This document shows positions 1-12,817 of a DNA stretch of 64,000 bases, piece by piece (position 1 is the first letter of the stretch; the number at the start of each line of letters is the position of its first letter). Location of the stretch: assembly GCA_030141605.1 (NCBI GenBank), contig JAQGDQ010000385.1, forward strand, positions 62,001 through 126,000, read 5' to 3'. This DNA is from Tubiluchus corallicola (lineage: Eukaryota; Animalia; Priapulida). The notes under the pieces were generated by a model. The model was not told the DNA's origin. It made no database searches and saw nothing but the letters and a program-made list of their open reading frames with translations. The translations under genes were made by a program, and so were the position numbers.

Positions 1-1180
1 GATAAAGCAGTTAATCATCATAATAGTCCTCTATTAAATGAGTAATATAATAAACAAATTATAAAGAAGATTTGGCCTAATAAAATTTGCTTTGAGTGTT
101 CACAAATTGACTGTTTTGTGTAACGCAGGGCAGTATAAAACATGCTATCTGTTTCGATATCATGTAAAGAATACTAAAGTACAATGTTGGTTCATTGGTA
201 GTTCATAGCATCACAATAAGTCTTTATGTATACACAGCAATGGGACCATATGTATCAGCGAACTTACGCCTACATAAAACTATAATTATGTGCTATTAAC
301 TTTGTGGGGTACAGTGCTTAATTTTGAAGATTTCCAGCACGGTCTTGGATGTAATGTAATCGTATTCACTATAGCCGCAAATTAATCACTATTCGATGTA
401 GCAAGGCAGCTTCCCAGTAAAATTACATCAGAGATGAGTTGATGAGATGACATTTTCTTCTTAGTGGCTACAGTTTCGGGATAATTACCGAGAAGATTCA
501 AGGTTTTGTAGTTTTGCAATATGAAGCCTGCAGAAGTGTTTTAGTTTAAGGACTGTTCATACTGCGAACTTAAAACATTTGTTAGTTTATATTTTGATCG
601 CCAGGAATCATTCAAAAACAGCTCCAAGAAAGTTTCATTCCACGAAGTTTATTACGGGTACCAATTAGGCCTTAGAAGATATTGTCACGTTTTCAACTCT
701 TCCACAGATCAAATGAAACGAGAATTAAGTAAATTCCTTAATCAGAGTTTTATTACGATGCTATTTAATGTGGAACCCCTGGCAGCTTGCAAAGATAAAC
801 CCAGCAATGTCATTGAAACGTTGGTAAATGTTAAAAGGCAATTTAGTTACTAAAATAGTGTTGACTTTAGCTTTTTTGTAATCTAAACGCGCACTAAAAT
901 CACTCATCCTTTTTACTTGCAATTAAAATATTGATACTTATGGCTAAGTTACCCGTAAAATTATAGGCTGAGCTATGAAGTAGCTTGATTGACAAACACT
1001 TCGGGTAAAACACAATGAACATATTTACTTAACATAAAATTATTTGATGCGGCACGACAGTTTTAAGATTATACAATCCGTTTTACTTCCTAAATTTCCT
1101 TTGTGAAGCGAATAAAACTTTTAAAAAGTTGCAGCAATGGGGTTAAGGAAAGGCAACCTTAATGGCTGTATTGTTCATGA

Positions 1181-1315
1181 ATATACATAACGTACGTATA
1201 AAAACATATACATATAAACATATATGCTTATGTTCATACATACATACATATATATATGTATGTATGTATGAACATAAGCATATATGTTTATATGTATATG
1301 TTTTTATACGTACGT

Positions 1316-1324
<9 letters not shown>
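1181..1324. repeat. Perfect 144-bp spacerless AT-rich palindrome
   Basis: Checked base by base: 1181-1252 is the exact reverse complement of 1253-1324, centred in a TATA run. It is followed by (AT)n to ~1354. This explains the near-identical ORFs 1143..1364(-) and 1162..1377(+). Confidence 0.97.

Positions 1325-1354
<30 letters not shown>
1321..1354. repeat. (AT)n microsatellite
   Basis: Direct reading. Confidence 0.95.
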
Positions 1355-1357
<3 letters not shown>

Positions 1358-2139
1358 GCTGCACCTTTCCAGTCTGATGTAATATTACAATGCTACGCGT
1401 ATGCTTATAACCATAATAAGAATGTCAAATTCATTGTGTCACGTACAAAATTTATGTAATCGTACATGATAAATTCACCATCAATGTAATCAATTGTAAT
1501 TTGACAATTGATATTGTTAAAAATATTATATGAAATTTTTATTCAAGCGTGTGGCGCGGCGGGCTTGCGCTGTTTCAGCTATAATCGCCATTTAGTACGT
1601 ATACGCGATTTTATTATCCATTTCTCATAAATGAGGATGATCGACCATTCATGAATTACCAACAATTAGCAGGTGCAGGAATCCATTGATTAAAATACAC
1701 GGAATCATACCGTTAATTGCTGCTTTCGTGCAGTTAATGAAGTTAATGTTTTGCTTCTTCAACATCAAACGAAGCGCTGAAAAATTATTGGACAAATCAG
1801 GATTCGAACTTCAATTCGTGTACGTGCTCCATTGCTGAGAAGGCGGTATGCATGATATTTATCAAGACAACATTGTACTGCACTGGGGAAATAACTGAGT
1901 TTCTTGGCCATACTATACCGAAAATTATTAGCAGCAGTTTAAAAAATAATAATTGTGATTATGAAATCAAGCATTAATAATAATTGTTAATGTTGTGTAA
2001 GACGATTCGTTAACAACACAAGACGTTTCGTCCTCGTCAAAAAAACAGTTGGTGTTTCACTGAATTTCAATACGTACGGTTTGAAGGATCGCTATTTTTT
2101 CTAAACTGCTTTGATTACATAATGCATGACGCAATAAAA

Positions 2140-3825
2140 CTCGCAAGTGGATTCAAATTTAGGCCAGCAAGACAAAAAATGGAAATAATCTGCGTATTGC
2201 CACCATGGATGTAACTGCAGAGTACTACAGTAATATTCCTGTTAAAAAATCTGAATCACTGTAACAGTGACTTAATGATAGCGAATTTGTTACAAGTAGA
2301 TGATGGTCAAGGACGAGGTCACAAATCTTCTGAAGTCACACGTACCTCAAACGAAGCACTGTTTAAAGATCACCTGCAAGCAGATACTAGAACAATGAGT
2401 TTAAGTGATCACCCCAGAATTCATGTTCACCTGCAAGCAGATACTAGAACAATGAGTTTAAGTGATCACCCCAGAATTCATGTTCACCTACAAGCAGATA
2501 CTAGAACAATGAGTTTAAGTGATCACCCCAGAATTCATGTTCACCTGCAAACAGATACTAGAACAATGAGTTCAAGTGATCACCCCAGAATTCATGTTCA
2601 CCTGCAAACAGATACTAGAACAATGAGTTTAAGTGATCACCCCAGAATTTATGTTCACCTGCAAGCAGATACTAGAACAATGAGTTTAAGTCATCACCCC
2701 AGAATTCATGTTCACCTACAAGCAGATACTAGAACAATGAGTTTAAGTGATCACCCCAGAATTCATGTTCACCTACAAGCAGATACTAGAGCAATGAGTT
2801 TAAGTCATCACCCCAGAATTCATGTTCACCTACAAGCAGATACTAGAACAATGAGTTTAAGTGATCACCCCAGAATTCATGTTCACCTACAAGCAGATAC
2901 TAGAGCAATGAGTTTAAGTGATCACCCCAGAATTCATGTTCACCTACAAGCAGATACTAGAACAATGAGTCTAAGTGATCACCCCAGAATTCATGTTCAC
3001 CTACAAGCAGATACTAGAACAATGAGTTTAAGTGATCACCCCAGAATTCATGTTCACCTACAAGCAGATACTAGAACAATGAGTTTAAGTGATCACCCCA
3101 GAATTCATGTTGGTAGACGTAAATAAACAAATAATTTCATGTCTTTCATCAATATCACTGAGATGAACTGAAACTCGGCTGCAGTTAGAAGGAAATTTAA
3201 AGCAATTTTCCGTAGAGTAGGACTCGTGGATAATAATATTTGTGAATGCGGCGGCACCACAAGTCAAACACCCGAGCATTTGATATACAGATGCAACAAA
3301 GTGATACTAACCGAAGACAACGTCTATTAGATACACAATGTTACTAACGTATTTCTAAAAAAGAAGACGCGTTATTTAAAGCTTTCGTCAATTTTGTATA
3401 GATGATATTTTCTTAACAACTTGTAAAAGAGCAGAAATAGGCTAAATTTATCATTTAAAACATCGCAAATTTCAGCATAAAACTATGGCAATGTTTATAT
3501 GGTTCGCAATGCAACATTTAGAGAAAAGTTTTGCATGTACTATAATTGTAAGTAAAGCTGCGTGTATAAAGTTAAGTAAATTTAGCTCTATATAGTGCTA
3601 CTTACTAACCTCGGTAAATTAATCAAAGTTTATATTATACTATCAGAGAATTATTATAATGATTTGATCAGTAAAATATTTTTCTCACATTTGAAAAATT
3701 AATGCTAATCAATCGTTAACTGCAAGTTATCTTGTATAATTTATTTAATTAATTTATTATTCTGGCCTGCAATTAGCATATTACGTATATGAACAAAGAT
3801 TCTCAATCATCATCATCACCACCAC
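2140..3825 (+). mobile_element. Degenerate non-LTR retrotransposon 3' remnant with CCHC zinc knuckle (I/R1-group-like); 5' boundary uncertain
   Basis: 3181-3300 translates AVRRKFKAIFRRVGLVDNNICECGGTTSQTPEHLIYRCNK (CxC..QTxEHLxxxC, typical LINE ORF2 C-terminus). A candidate 3' end is AAAGATTCTCAATCATCATCATCACC at ~3795-3822. A weak RNase H-like 'KWIQ..GNN' lies near 2147-2190. Confidence 0.65.
2371..3111 (+). repeat. 57-bp minisatellite, 13 copies
   Basis: Unit CACCTRCAAGCAGATACTAGAACAATGAGTTTAAGTGATCACCCCAGAATTCATGTT. The span is 741 bp = 13 x 57, with few substitutions and no unique spacers. Confidence 0.97.
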
Positions 3826-5039
3826 TGAATTATAGCAGAATCAATCTGATTCTACATACTAAATAATGTATCGTATGTTCACTAATTTTCAAATTTCGCT
3901 GCTTAAATGTTTGGTGTTCAACTCCATACCAGTGTCCTAAACTGCCCTCCTACTGCCCGCAAAAGGTCAATTGCTATCCAACCAATTTCTGCACAAACTG
4001 GTATTTTAACTCTAGATATGTGTTTTGACAAATTACTCAGTTCTGTTAACTGACCGGAAATGTTTCCTAAATTTTAAGTGAGTAACTTTTAAATTTAACC
4101 TCCTAAATAGGCTATCAATTAAAGCTATGTAACAATAGTTTCCCAATTCTTTACAGTACTTTATTATTCAAAAGTTTTTTCGTGAGCCTGTAAATGGAAA
4201 CAAGAGTCTGACAAGAGTTTTTTCAAGAGCCTACTCAGAAGCACCCACTACTTCACCATCACTGATACTTGAATAATTGTTTGGTCTCCTAGATCCTTAT
4301 GGGTTTTTGTAAATTGTTGTATTAAATATGTCTATGTACGTTCGTCTCCTCGTCACAATCCCTTTGCTTAGAACCGCCCAACATAAGTCCAATTTCTTCA
4401 GTAATGTTCACACGTATAGTTCAACATTGGCTATTATATTTCAGCTTTTAAACCTCTCGCTACGCAAACTTGAATAGGTCAAGTAAATTTCGTACTTAAA
4501 ATGCCATTCATTGGCTACAGTATAATGTTTATGAGACGTGCTGACCATGCCTGAAAACCAGTTTAATACCTGGTCAACAAACGGCCTAAAGACACACACT
4601 CTTTCCTCATCAATAATAAAGCTATACGTGGACAGTGGTCAATGAAAATAATAGCCAAGGCCGCAGAATTGGATAGTAAATAACCCGCCTGACCAGTTAT
4701 TACCATGTTTATGAATTTGCAGACATACCAAGGTGGCACCCCAGGTGCTATATGACGGACATGTACATCTTTCACCATTATAGCTCAAATATCGCCAATT
4801 TTTCTGCCTAAAGGTGTGGAATGTTAAGCTCGTTTGACATTTTGCTATATAGAAACATGTATAATTAAGCAAAGGCGTAGTATTTCTAACTGTTACTCAC
4901 AGACTAATCATTTGCATGTACATGCAGAAATGTTTGTTATTATAACCTTGTATTTTGACATTTAGTAAGAAAACTAAAGCATATATGATCACGTTTTGTT
5001 GACCAACCTTGAATTTTACTAAACGTTTTCAGCACAAAA

Positions 5040-5816
5040 CAAGAGCCTTCCTATACATGCTTATATGATAATCAACGTAGGCATATTTTGGTTAAAATGT
5101 CAATACATACAATGACATTTATGAAATTAAACACTGTTAAATACCAAGGTGTTGTATTGTGGCATAGTCTTCCCAGTCAAGTAATGAAAGCAAATTCTCT
5201 AAATGTGTTCTTAAAAAACGAATGCAACTTCATTTAACTTCGGCGTAATATTCCTGTTTTTATCCATGCCTGTGTAGATTTATTTGTATAGTACAATTAC
5301 AATTTTTTTATGATGTAAAGAATTTTTTAAATTACTCTATTATGTAATTAATAGACAATTGAAATATTGGACATATAAGTCTGTATTAACTTCAAAGTCC
5401 TTATTCCTCTTAGCAATTTTATAATTTTTAGTACAATGTATTGTATTGTATTGTATTGTATTGTATTGTATTGTATTGTATTGTATTGTATTGTATTGTA
5501 TTGTATTGTATTGTATTGTATTGTATTGTATTGTATTGTATTGTATTGTATTGATTGTGTTGTGTTGTGTTGTGTTGTGTTGTGTTGTGTTGTGTTGTGT
5601 TGTGTTGTGTTGTGTTGTATTGTATTGTATTGTATTGTATTGTATTGTATTGTATTGTATTGTATTGTATTGTATTGTATTGTATTGTATTGTATTGTAT
5701 TGTATTGTATTGTATTGTATTGTATTGTATTGTATTGTATTGTATTGTATTGTATTGTATGTATTGTATAATGTGCCTATTTGCGAATATGGAAATATAG
5801 TAAATAAATGAATGAA
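5040..5816 (+). mobile_element. 3' remnant of a CR1/L2-group (Crack/Daphne-like) LINE
   Basis: 5133-5210 translates TVKYQGVVLWHSLPSQVMKANSLNVF, then frameshifted KKRMQLHL. This matches the GxxLWNxLP..SLxxFKxxL C-terminus of CR1/L2-group ORF2. It ends in AATAAATGAATGAA at ~5803-5816. Confidence 0.65.
5437..5769. repeat. Compound pentanucleotide microsatellite (TGTAT)n-(TGTGT)n-(TGTAT)n
   Basis: Direct reading. It is the source of the YCIVL / QYNTI ORFs. Confidence 0.97.
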
Positions 5817-7739
5817 AATTAAGCATTCACACCACTTTACTTGATCAGCAAATTATACAGCAAATTAAACGATAAACTAGATTGAGCCTGCTGGCAGGTA
5901 TTTACCGCACATCATGGTTCTGACAACTTTATGCAGTTCATGATCAAGAAACATCATATGGCAATTGTATCAAGACATGAAAAGCAGACAAGAGTGAATA
6001 CTGTGCTGTGTGTTATACATACGCTGGCATAGTAATTTATTTGAAAGCTTTTCACTTTTACTGCCAAATGCAGTAAAGATCATAAGATCATGACAGATCT
6101 AGATCAAGGCAATAGCAACGGCAAAATAAGAGATACTTTATTCCATAAGAATTGCTGGTGTTTGTGAAATATGTGGACCTTTAAGTTATTGTTTAGGACA
6201 TAAGCCTTCCAACCTAAATGATGCCATATCCAGTCGTCAGCTTTCGTGATCTCTGACCACTGACCATTATCGTTGACTCTCCTCATCCAAGTTTTGACGG
6301 TTTTGCGAGATTGTGGCATTACCTCTCGCGGTAGCAACTTTTAGTTGCTTATCTGCAAAACTGATGAAGGAGAAGAGGAGTGAATTTTTTTTTGGAATAA
6401 AAATAATTTGAATTTGAATAAATTAAGTGCAGTGCAGAAGATTGCACTAAGACAGCAACAATCTTGCTTGCGCTATCTACATGTGCGGGATAGAAACGTT
6501 CAATTTTCCCAGCCTTAAAACAAACGACACGTATATTATGTTGATTAACGTTTTTTGTAAGCCACATTGATACTGAGAAATAATTTGCCGAGTTGTATTA
6601 AACTGACTCTTATACTGATTTTTCTTTAGTTTAGTTAGGGTAATAAACTTTAATACAAAAAAGGATGTAAATACGCATAAATCGTCCGATTTGTAAACGA
6701 CATTTTAAATTAAATGAAATTAAACAAATTAAATTATGCTTGTCGAGTAAGTCGACCTGCGTTGGTCTTTTATTTAGGTAAAATAGTTTATATAGTTGAC
6801 AATATTTCTAGGTAAATTATGACAATGCTTACTTCAAGAATTCCAAACAAATTTAAGCTAGATCGCTTAATTATAATGTGCAAGCCCGCGCAGTTTTCGT
6901 TGGCTCATTTCAACCACAATGATTACTCATATAAATTGTTGGCGACCTTCGAAGCAGCTTCTAGCACATGGTTTCATTTTACCCATGCTCGTAATTCCAT
7001 CTTCAAAAATTATTGTTGTTTTGCGTGCGCCGCTTGTCATGCAAAAACCCTCCAAATTCATTACAAAGGAAATTTTCGAAAACCTAATACGTTGCTTTCA
7101 GTGAAGAATTGAAATAATAGATAGTGAAATATCTAGCTTATTTCCGTTGATCTTTGCCATCTATCTGCTCTTCACATTCCCCAGCGTATGCATTATACAC
7201 ACACGATACAATAATTACAGATAGCGAAAGAAATCAATTTCAAATCTAGCTTAAAACGGCTTCTTAGAGCAGACAGTTGTATAATCTTGGGTGAATTATA
7301 TGCCTACTTTCTTGATTAGTGTGTGAAAATGTACTTGCTATGATTGAGAGTTCGTGAACTGCGCTATCACATGATATATTTTCTTCAGAATGTCACAAAC
7401 TGATTACGTTACTAATTATAAATAAAAACTGATATTATTACCACTGATTCGTAATTAACAACTTATTAAAAATTAACACTTTACCTAATTAGATTTTACG
7501 AATGATGAGGCCTGTGTAAATCTCACAAACACATGGCGCAAGACAGATTTCTCGCGACTGCACCATGCAAATAACAAACTACTGATCTGCCTCAGTTCCC
7601 TGTGCAAGCCTCCCTCTAATTTGCAATTACAATAATCATACATGTAGATACTTTTTGTGTGAGGTTGCTTGTTACTTTGGCAAATTGTGAGACAGGTATT
7701 AAGAAACTCAGCAATTAAATCATCGTCTGACTGAATACT

Positions 7740-8152
7740 GACCAGCCAACCAGTATAATCAACAATCCACCTAAACAATTAACAACCAAAAAACCAAGCA
7801 AACCAACCAAATAACCAAGTAACCAACCAACAAATCAACTTACCTACCGACCAGCAACCCAAGCAGTCAATATCTGTCTAACTAACCGACTAACTAGCCA
7901 ACCAACCAACGACCAACCAGCTAACTAGCCAACCAACCATCCAACCAATCAGTCGAGCAACCAACCATCAAATCAACCTACTTACCGACCAACAACCCAA
8001 CCAGTCAATATTTGCCCAACCAACAAACCAACCAACCAATCAATCATCTAGCTAACTAACTAACTAAGCAAGTGACCAACAAACACCAACCAAGCAACAA
8101 CCGAACGGTCCACCACCCAACCGATCAACCAAGCCATCAACCAACACCAACC
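7740..8152. repeat. Degenerate (CAAC/TAAC)n low-complexity tract with internal duplication
   Basis: CAAC/CCAA-rich tract. The block ATCAACYTACYTACCGACCARCAACCCAASCAGTCAATAT occurs at ~7834 and ~7972. Confidence 0.85.
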
Positions 8153-9727
8153 TAGGCTATCAACTTAGGGTATTTATTGAATGAAAGAAGACCGTGGTTT
8201 TAACATAGCACTATGAAAGGGCAGGCATCTATACTACCTAACATTGTTAATGACGTCAGTTTTTGATTAGTTTATGAAGGCTTCGCAAAAATTTTGAAAG
8301 TAGTAAAAAAGGTCGAACGAGAACGTTCGAAATTTTGACTGCAAGTAAAGAGTTGGACTGTCACGACACATTTACGATTTTGATGCAGTGTTTGGTGTGT
8401 CTTATTCGCGTAGGAGTTATGCAAAATAGTGCAGAGTATTTCTTTTAATCAGTGCTTCTATGTTGTGGTGCGCAGGTGCGCAGCAGACACGATTTATATA
8501 GTTCAAAGTTCGTTTGCTAAAAAGTGTTGATAAAGTTATGAAGCAAAACATTAAAATCTTGAGAAAACATTTGCAGAAGGCAAAAGTCTAAATGCCTTTT
8601 ATTTGGTCTACAACAGATTTATTTTAATTGCCATAAACTGGCTAATCCTTTTTGATTATTATGTTTTCTGTTATTATGGCATTGGGTCGATGCCGGTTGT
8701 CTGTGCCACCCATGGATCTATCCTCTATGGTTAAGCTGCTAGCAAGTTATTGTAATCAACTTGTTTGTTATGGCAAGATTTTCTCATGACATTATGAAAA
8801 TAAACAATATCTGTGAAGCAAGTGCATTCCATAACTGAGCCAGTGTCTGGTATTTTAACTTCAAATTTTTCCTTCACATGTTATGACGCTACACGAACAG
8901 TTAATGGGCATAATTATTATATGAATCAGTAAAAATGAATGTGTGTGCTAATAACATTGATCAAAAAGAAAATAATCAAAGTTAGAAGAAACATTTTATA
9001 AGAAAACATTTTCACCAGTGCTTCTGTAGTCAAAGTTTATCTTCTCGAAGGCAAACTATATTAAAATGTTAGCAAAGAAATACGACTTTAACAGAACAGA
9101 GATACATCACTAAGCAAACTAAATGTCAGTATTTTTAAATTAAATCCAACAGAATGCTTGTACCCTCTTTGAATCGTAAAGTGCATTGGTTGGTCTCCCC
9201 CAATTACTATTCTCTTGGGTGGTTTCGTGCATGTTAAAAATTATGGGTTTTCTGTTATCACTTGCAATGTGTATGTGTACATACCGTGCAAAGTCAGTAA
9301 CTCAGAGAGTTTCTGTTTTGCTAGAATTAGTCAAAATTTTCTTCCTAGGCAAGTAGAATGTTTTCTTTCTGGCCAGTGTCCATGCATTTCAATATATACT
9401 CTAATGGACTTTATGTAAGTTAAAAAAAGAAAAAAAACGCAAGTGGTTAACTGCCACTGGATTTTGAGAAAAGGCTTCGTCAAATTACTTAAATTAATTG
9501 TGTTTTTTATTCTGGTAACATCAAAAGAATTGTGTGCTATACAGGAATTGCTTTTCTGGAGAGATGTTTTCATTTATCAAATCCGTGTTCGTTCTGTGCT
9601 TGCTGAATTACGTCGTTTGATACTACACTCTTTCTTGAATGTTTGTTCCAGTCAACTAAACAACGTACGCTTTGTTAAAAATCTACATCTTCCGTTGCCT
9701 CGCGAGATTTGATGGTGATGATATACG

Positions 9728-9843
9728 AAAGAGAAAGAGGAAGGAGAAGAAGAAGAGAGGAAGACAGAAAGAGAGAGGGAGAGAAAGAAAGAAGAGAGAG
9801 AGAAAGAGAGAGGAAGATAGAGAGGGAGAGGGAGAGCGAGAGG

Positions 9844-9921
<78 letters not shown>
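9728..9921. repeat. Polypurine tract with (GA)n microsatellite
   Basis: Direct reading. Confidence 0.95.
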
Positions 9922-9923
<2 letters not shown>

Positions 9924-11116
9924 CATACCCAGCAACAACAGTATTTAACAAAAACAACAATGATTGGGGGCTATCAGATTGGCAGATATAAGGATGCTCC
10001 CATATCTCTTAGTGATTTCTATTTCTATTTTTTGTTTTTTGAAATTTAATGAAATTATAATATACCGTTACTAATGCTATCGAATGTCAGTAGAAACTCA
10101 CAGGTTGTAATGCGCATGCGTGTTATTCAAATGAAGCCGGGAATTATAAAATGAGCTTGTACCACAATTTACAGACCTCTAGCATTGCTGTAACAATACC
10201 TTGCTACCATTTTTAAACTTTATAAGTGCATACATTGTTTTAATATTAATTTTGTGCATATGTAAATATGTACAAATTCTACATATGTAAATTTTAACTG
10301 TTTTTTTTATAATGTTTATATAACCCGCCTAGCTGAGTATTTAAGTTTTCTATAATACTATGTACTTTTTTGAATATTTCTTAAAAAGTTGTTATTTTAT
10401 AATTAAAAATAAATATAAATGAAACCATGATCGAACTTTTTTATTTTGGTTCGTATATTAAAACATGTTTAATATATTTATATGCACGTTTTTCACCAGA
10501 GGTTCGTAAGAAGAGCTTTTCACTTTTTGTTAGAACTACTGCTTCTGTATTTCAGCTATTGTCACTAGACCCGCTGTAGCTATAAAAACGTTCCAAATAC
10601 TGATGCATATATGTAAATGCAATATATATATATATATATATGTAAGTTTTCGTACAAGCAATTTCTACTTATATACGAGTAATAATCATTTTTCTACAGT
10701 TAAACAGTGCCCACGTTGTTGCGTTAACTTGATCATAACTGTACAGCTTCGCCGAAGCCATACGTTAAATTACGCAACTTACATGGCTATGGTTATGTTA
10801 TCTCCGCGTGAACAAGAAGCAACAAATATACAAATCGAGAGATGAAAGTTGAAGTGCTTATACATGGCACGGCATCACGCATACACAACTTGTGTTTTTA
10901 TTTCTCTTTTGAAAGCACGCGTTGTAGTACATGTTCTATAATAGGTTTCAACGTGTCCAGTGTGTGTATATGGCTAAAATGCTAAATCAAAACTGGCTTC
11001 AGCATCTTGTGAAAGCGTCTCCTATTTGTGCCAGTGTAGAATATACTATACAAAACAGGAAGAGTGGGTGGGAGAGGAAATATATAGAGACAAACTAAAC
11101 GAAACAGGGCGGGTGA

Positions 11117-11345
<229 letters not shown>

Positions 11346-11879
11346 TGCAGGTAACTTAATATTATGTCTTTATTGTTAATATCTGCCTGTGATAGTGTAT
11401 TGTCAAGTGTGTATATTATTATATGTTAGTGTCGAATAATAATATAATTTTGGAAATCTCTTCTCCTCGTCCACCTCTCATGTTAGGACGACATAGATAT
11501 GCCACTTCATGCAAGCAAAGCAAATCTGTAAAGCAATTACCAAAGGTCCGTCATTTTTATTTTTACAAAGCGTGTTTTTATCCACAATGATTAATGTGAC
11601 AAGTGATTTATACTTCCTAACTACACAGCTCTGTTATCAACAAACTGTTTTCAATATGAGACGATAGTAGTTATTGTTACCGATTTAGGTTTGACTTCCT
11701 CTGTGTTCGTATGCAGCACAATGAGATATATATAATGCATCCACAATAATCATTTTTCTGCACCACCCCTCCGCTTGAAACTATGATTGTTATTTGTATA
11801 TGAAATGAACAAGCAAACGCAGCCCATTTCCTGCCATTGTGTACGATTTAAACGAAAGTTAGAAACCATGCCCGTGAAG

Positions 11880-12100
11880 AGAACCCCGCCCCGTGCCGTA
11901 CGCCCCCGCCAGTGCGATCTCACCTGCCTCAGAGCGAGCGATCAGTATGCACAGCGTATGCAGATCACTCGTTAACGACCCCATTCTGTTGCGCGAGCGT
12001 ATCCAGTGTGTGTTCATTTATCAAGAGGCCAGCGAATGTTAAGGGTAAAGCACGTGAAATGTTCGACGCAGTTGGAGTTTAGGACTACTATAAATACCTA
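11880..12100 (+). promoter_or_regulatory. Putative promoter of the Sall-like gene
   Basis: Locally GC/CpG-rich patch in AT-rich DNA, 650-850 bp upstream of the ATG. It contains a GC box CCCCGCCCC (11884-11892), an EGR-type CGCCCCCGC (11901-11909), an Inr-like TCAGT (11942-11946), an E-box CACGTG (~12051) and TATAAATA (12089-12096). The TSS is not determined. Confidence 0.55.
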
Positions 12101-12744
12101 AGTAGCTGTGCTGCACAAATCAAAGTTACTAACTTTGTATATCGATTGAAGCTGCAACTGATTCAATGCAAATGGTTCACTAGAAGGAGTCAACATTACG
12201 GAATTAGTTCATAATACAATCGATTACCGCTAGTATATACAATACAAGCATGGTTTAATGTGCGCAGTTTCTATAAAAATTTCGATGTCCACTGCTAGCC
12301 GAAAGCGGCCGTGTTTGCATAAACCAACAATAGAAATTTTCGCACTTGCATGAGCTTAGCAACAACTTTTCTGTACATAATTGTTTTTATTGGCTAAGTT
12401 GCCTTCCACCGTTCACGCATGGCTCGTCGCGGCACATTGTGTGTGTACTCTTGCCTGTTATTATTATAAGCATATCAGATCCGTCTTGTTTTATTTTCGG
12501 TCAACAGGACTAGTGACTGGTAGTCGAAGATGTTTAGCTCCTTTCGTCACACGTAACCGCTTCGATTTATGCATATAAGTAGCGAGATCAACTTGTTATA
12601 CATTGATATTGATATAATAGCGGGTCAATATTGGATATCATATCATCGTGACATGCGCACTGCTGAACTGTTTATATAATAGAAATATTGCGTCTCGAGG
12701 TATAGGATCTGGAGTCGGCGCCGTGTAGCGAGAACACGGCCAAC

Positions 12745-12817
12745 ATGACAAGACGAAAGCAAGCTAGACCTCGGCACTTTCACGAACAACTCGACTCAAC
12801 TTTTGTTCTTGAAAACG
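12745..12817 (+). CDS. sall: First coding exon of a Spalt-like (SALL) C2H2 zinc-finger transcriptional repressor: MTRRKQARPRHFHEQLDSTFVLEN-G (partial, phase 1)
   Basis: ATG in CAACATG context with an in-frame upstream stop (TAG 12703-12705). It encodes the N-terminal NuRD-binding motif M(S/T)RRKQxxPxH and ends at a consensus donor G|GTGAGT (12818). As I recall them, SALL1 begins MSRRKQAKPQHF and SALL2 exon 1 is ~25 codons ending ENG in phase 1. BCL11, FOG/ZFPM and ZNF423/521 share the motif and are less likely alternatives. Confidence 0.85.

Noticed and set aside
2371-3111. CRISPR-like array
   Set aside because: Head-to-tail units with no unique spacers, no cas genes and a eukaryotic context. 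The same applies to 34333-35075.
6104-6400. Trp-rich minus-strand ORF and possible 30-nt microexon (6323-6352, after a pyrimidine tract, GTAATG donor)
   Set aside because: No recognisable family or partner exons. The ORF has a TTG start with an in-frame stop immediately upstream. AG..GT pairs of this quality arise by chance.
8449-8725. Degenerate MITE-like ends (CAGTGCTTCT..., GCCACCCATGGATCT)
   Set aside because: No matching TIR pair or TSD.
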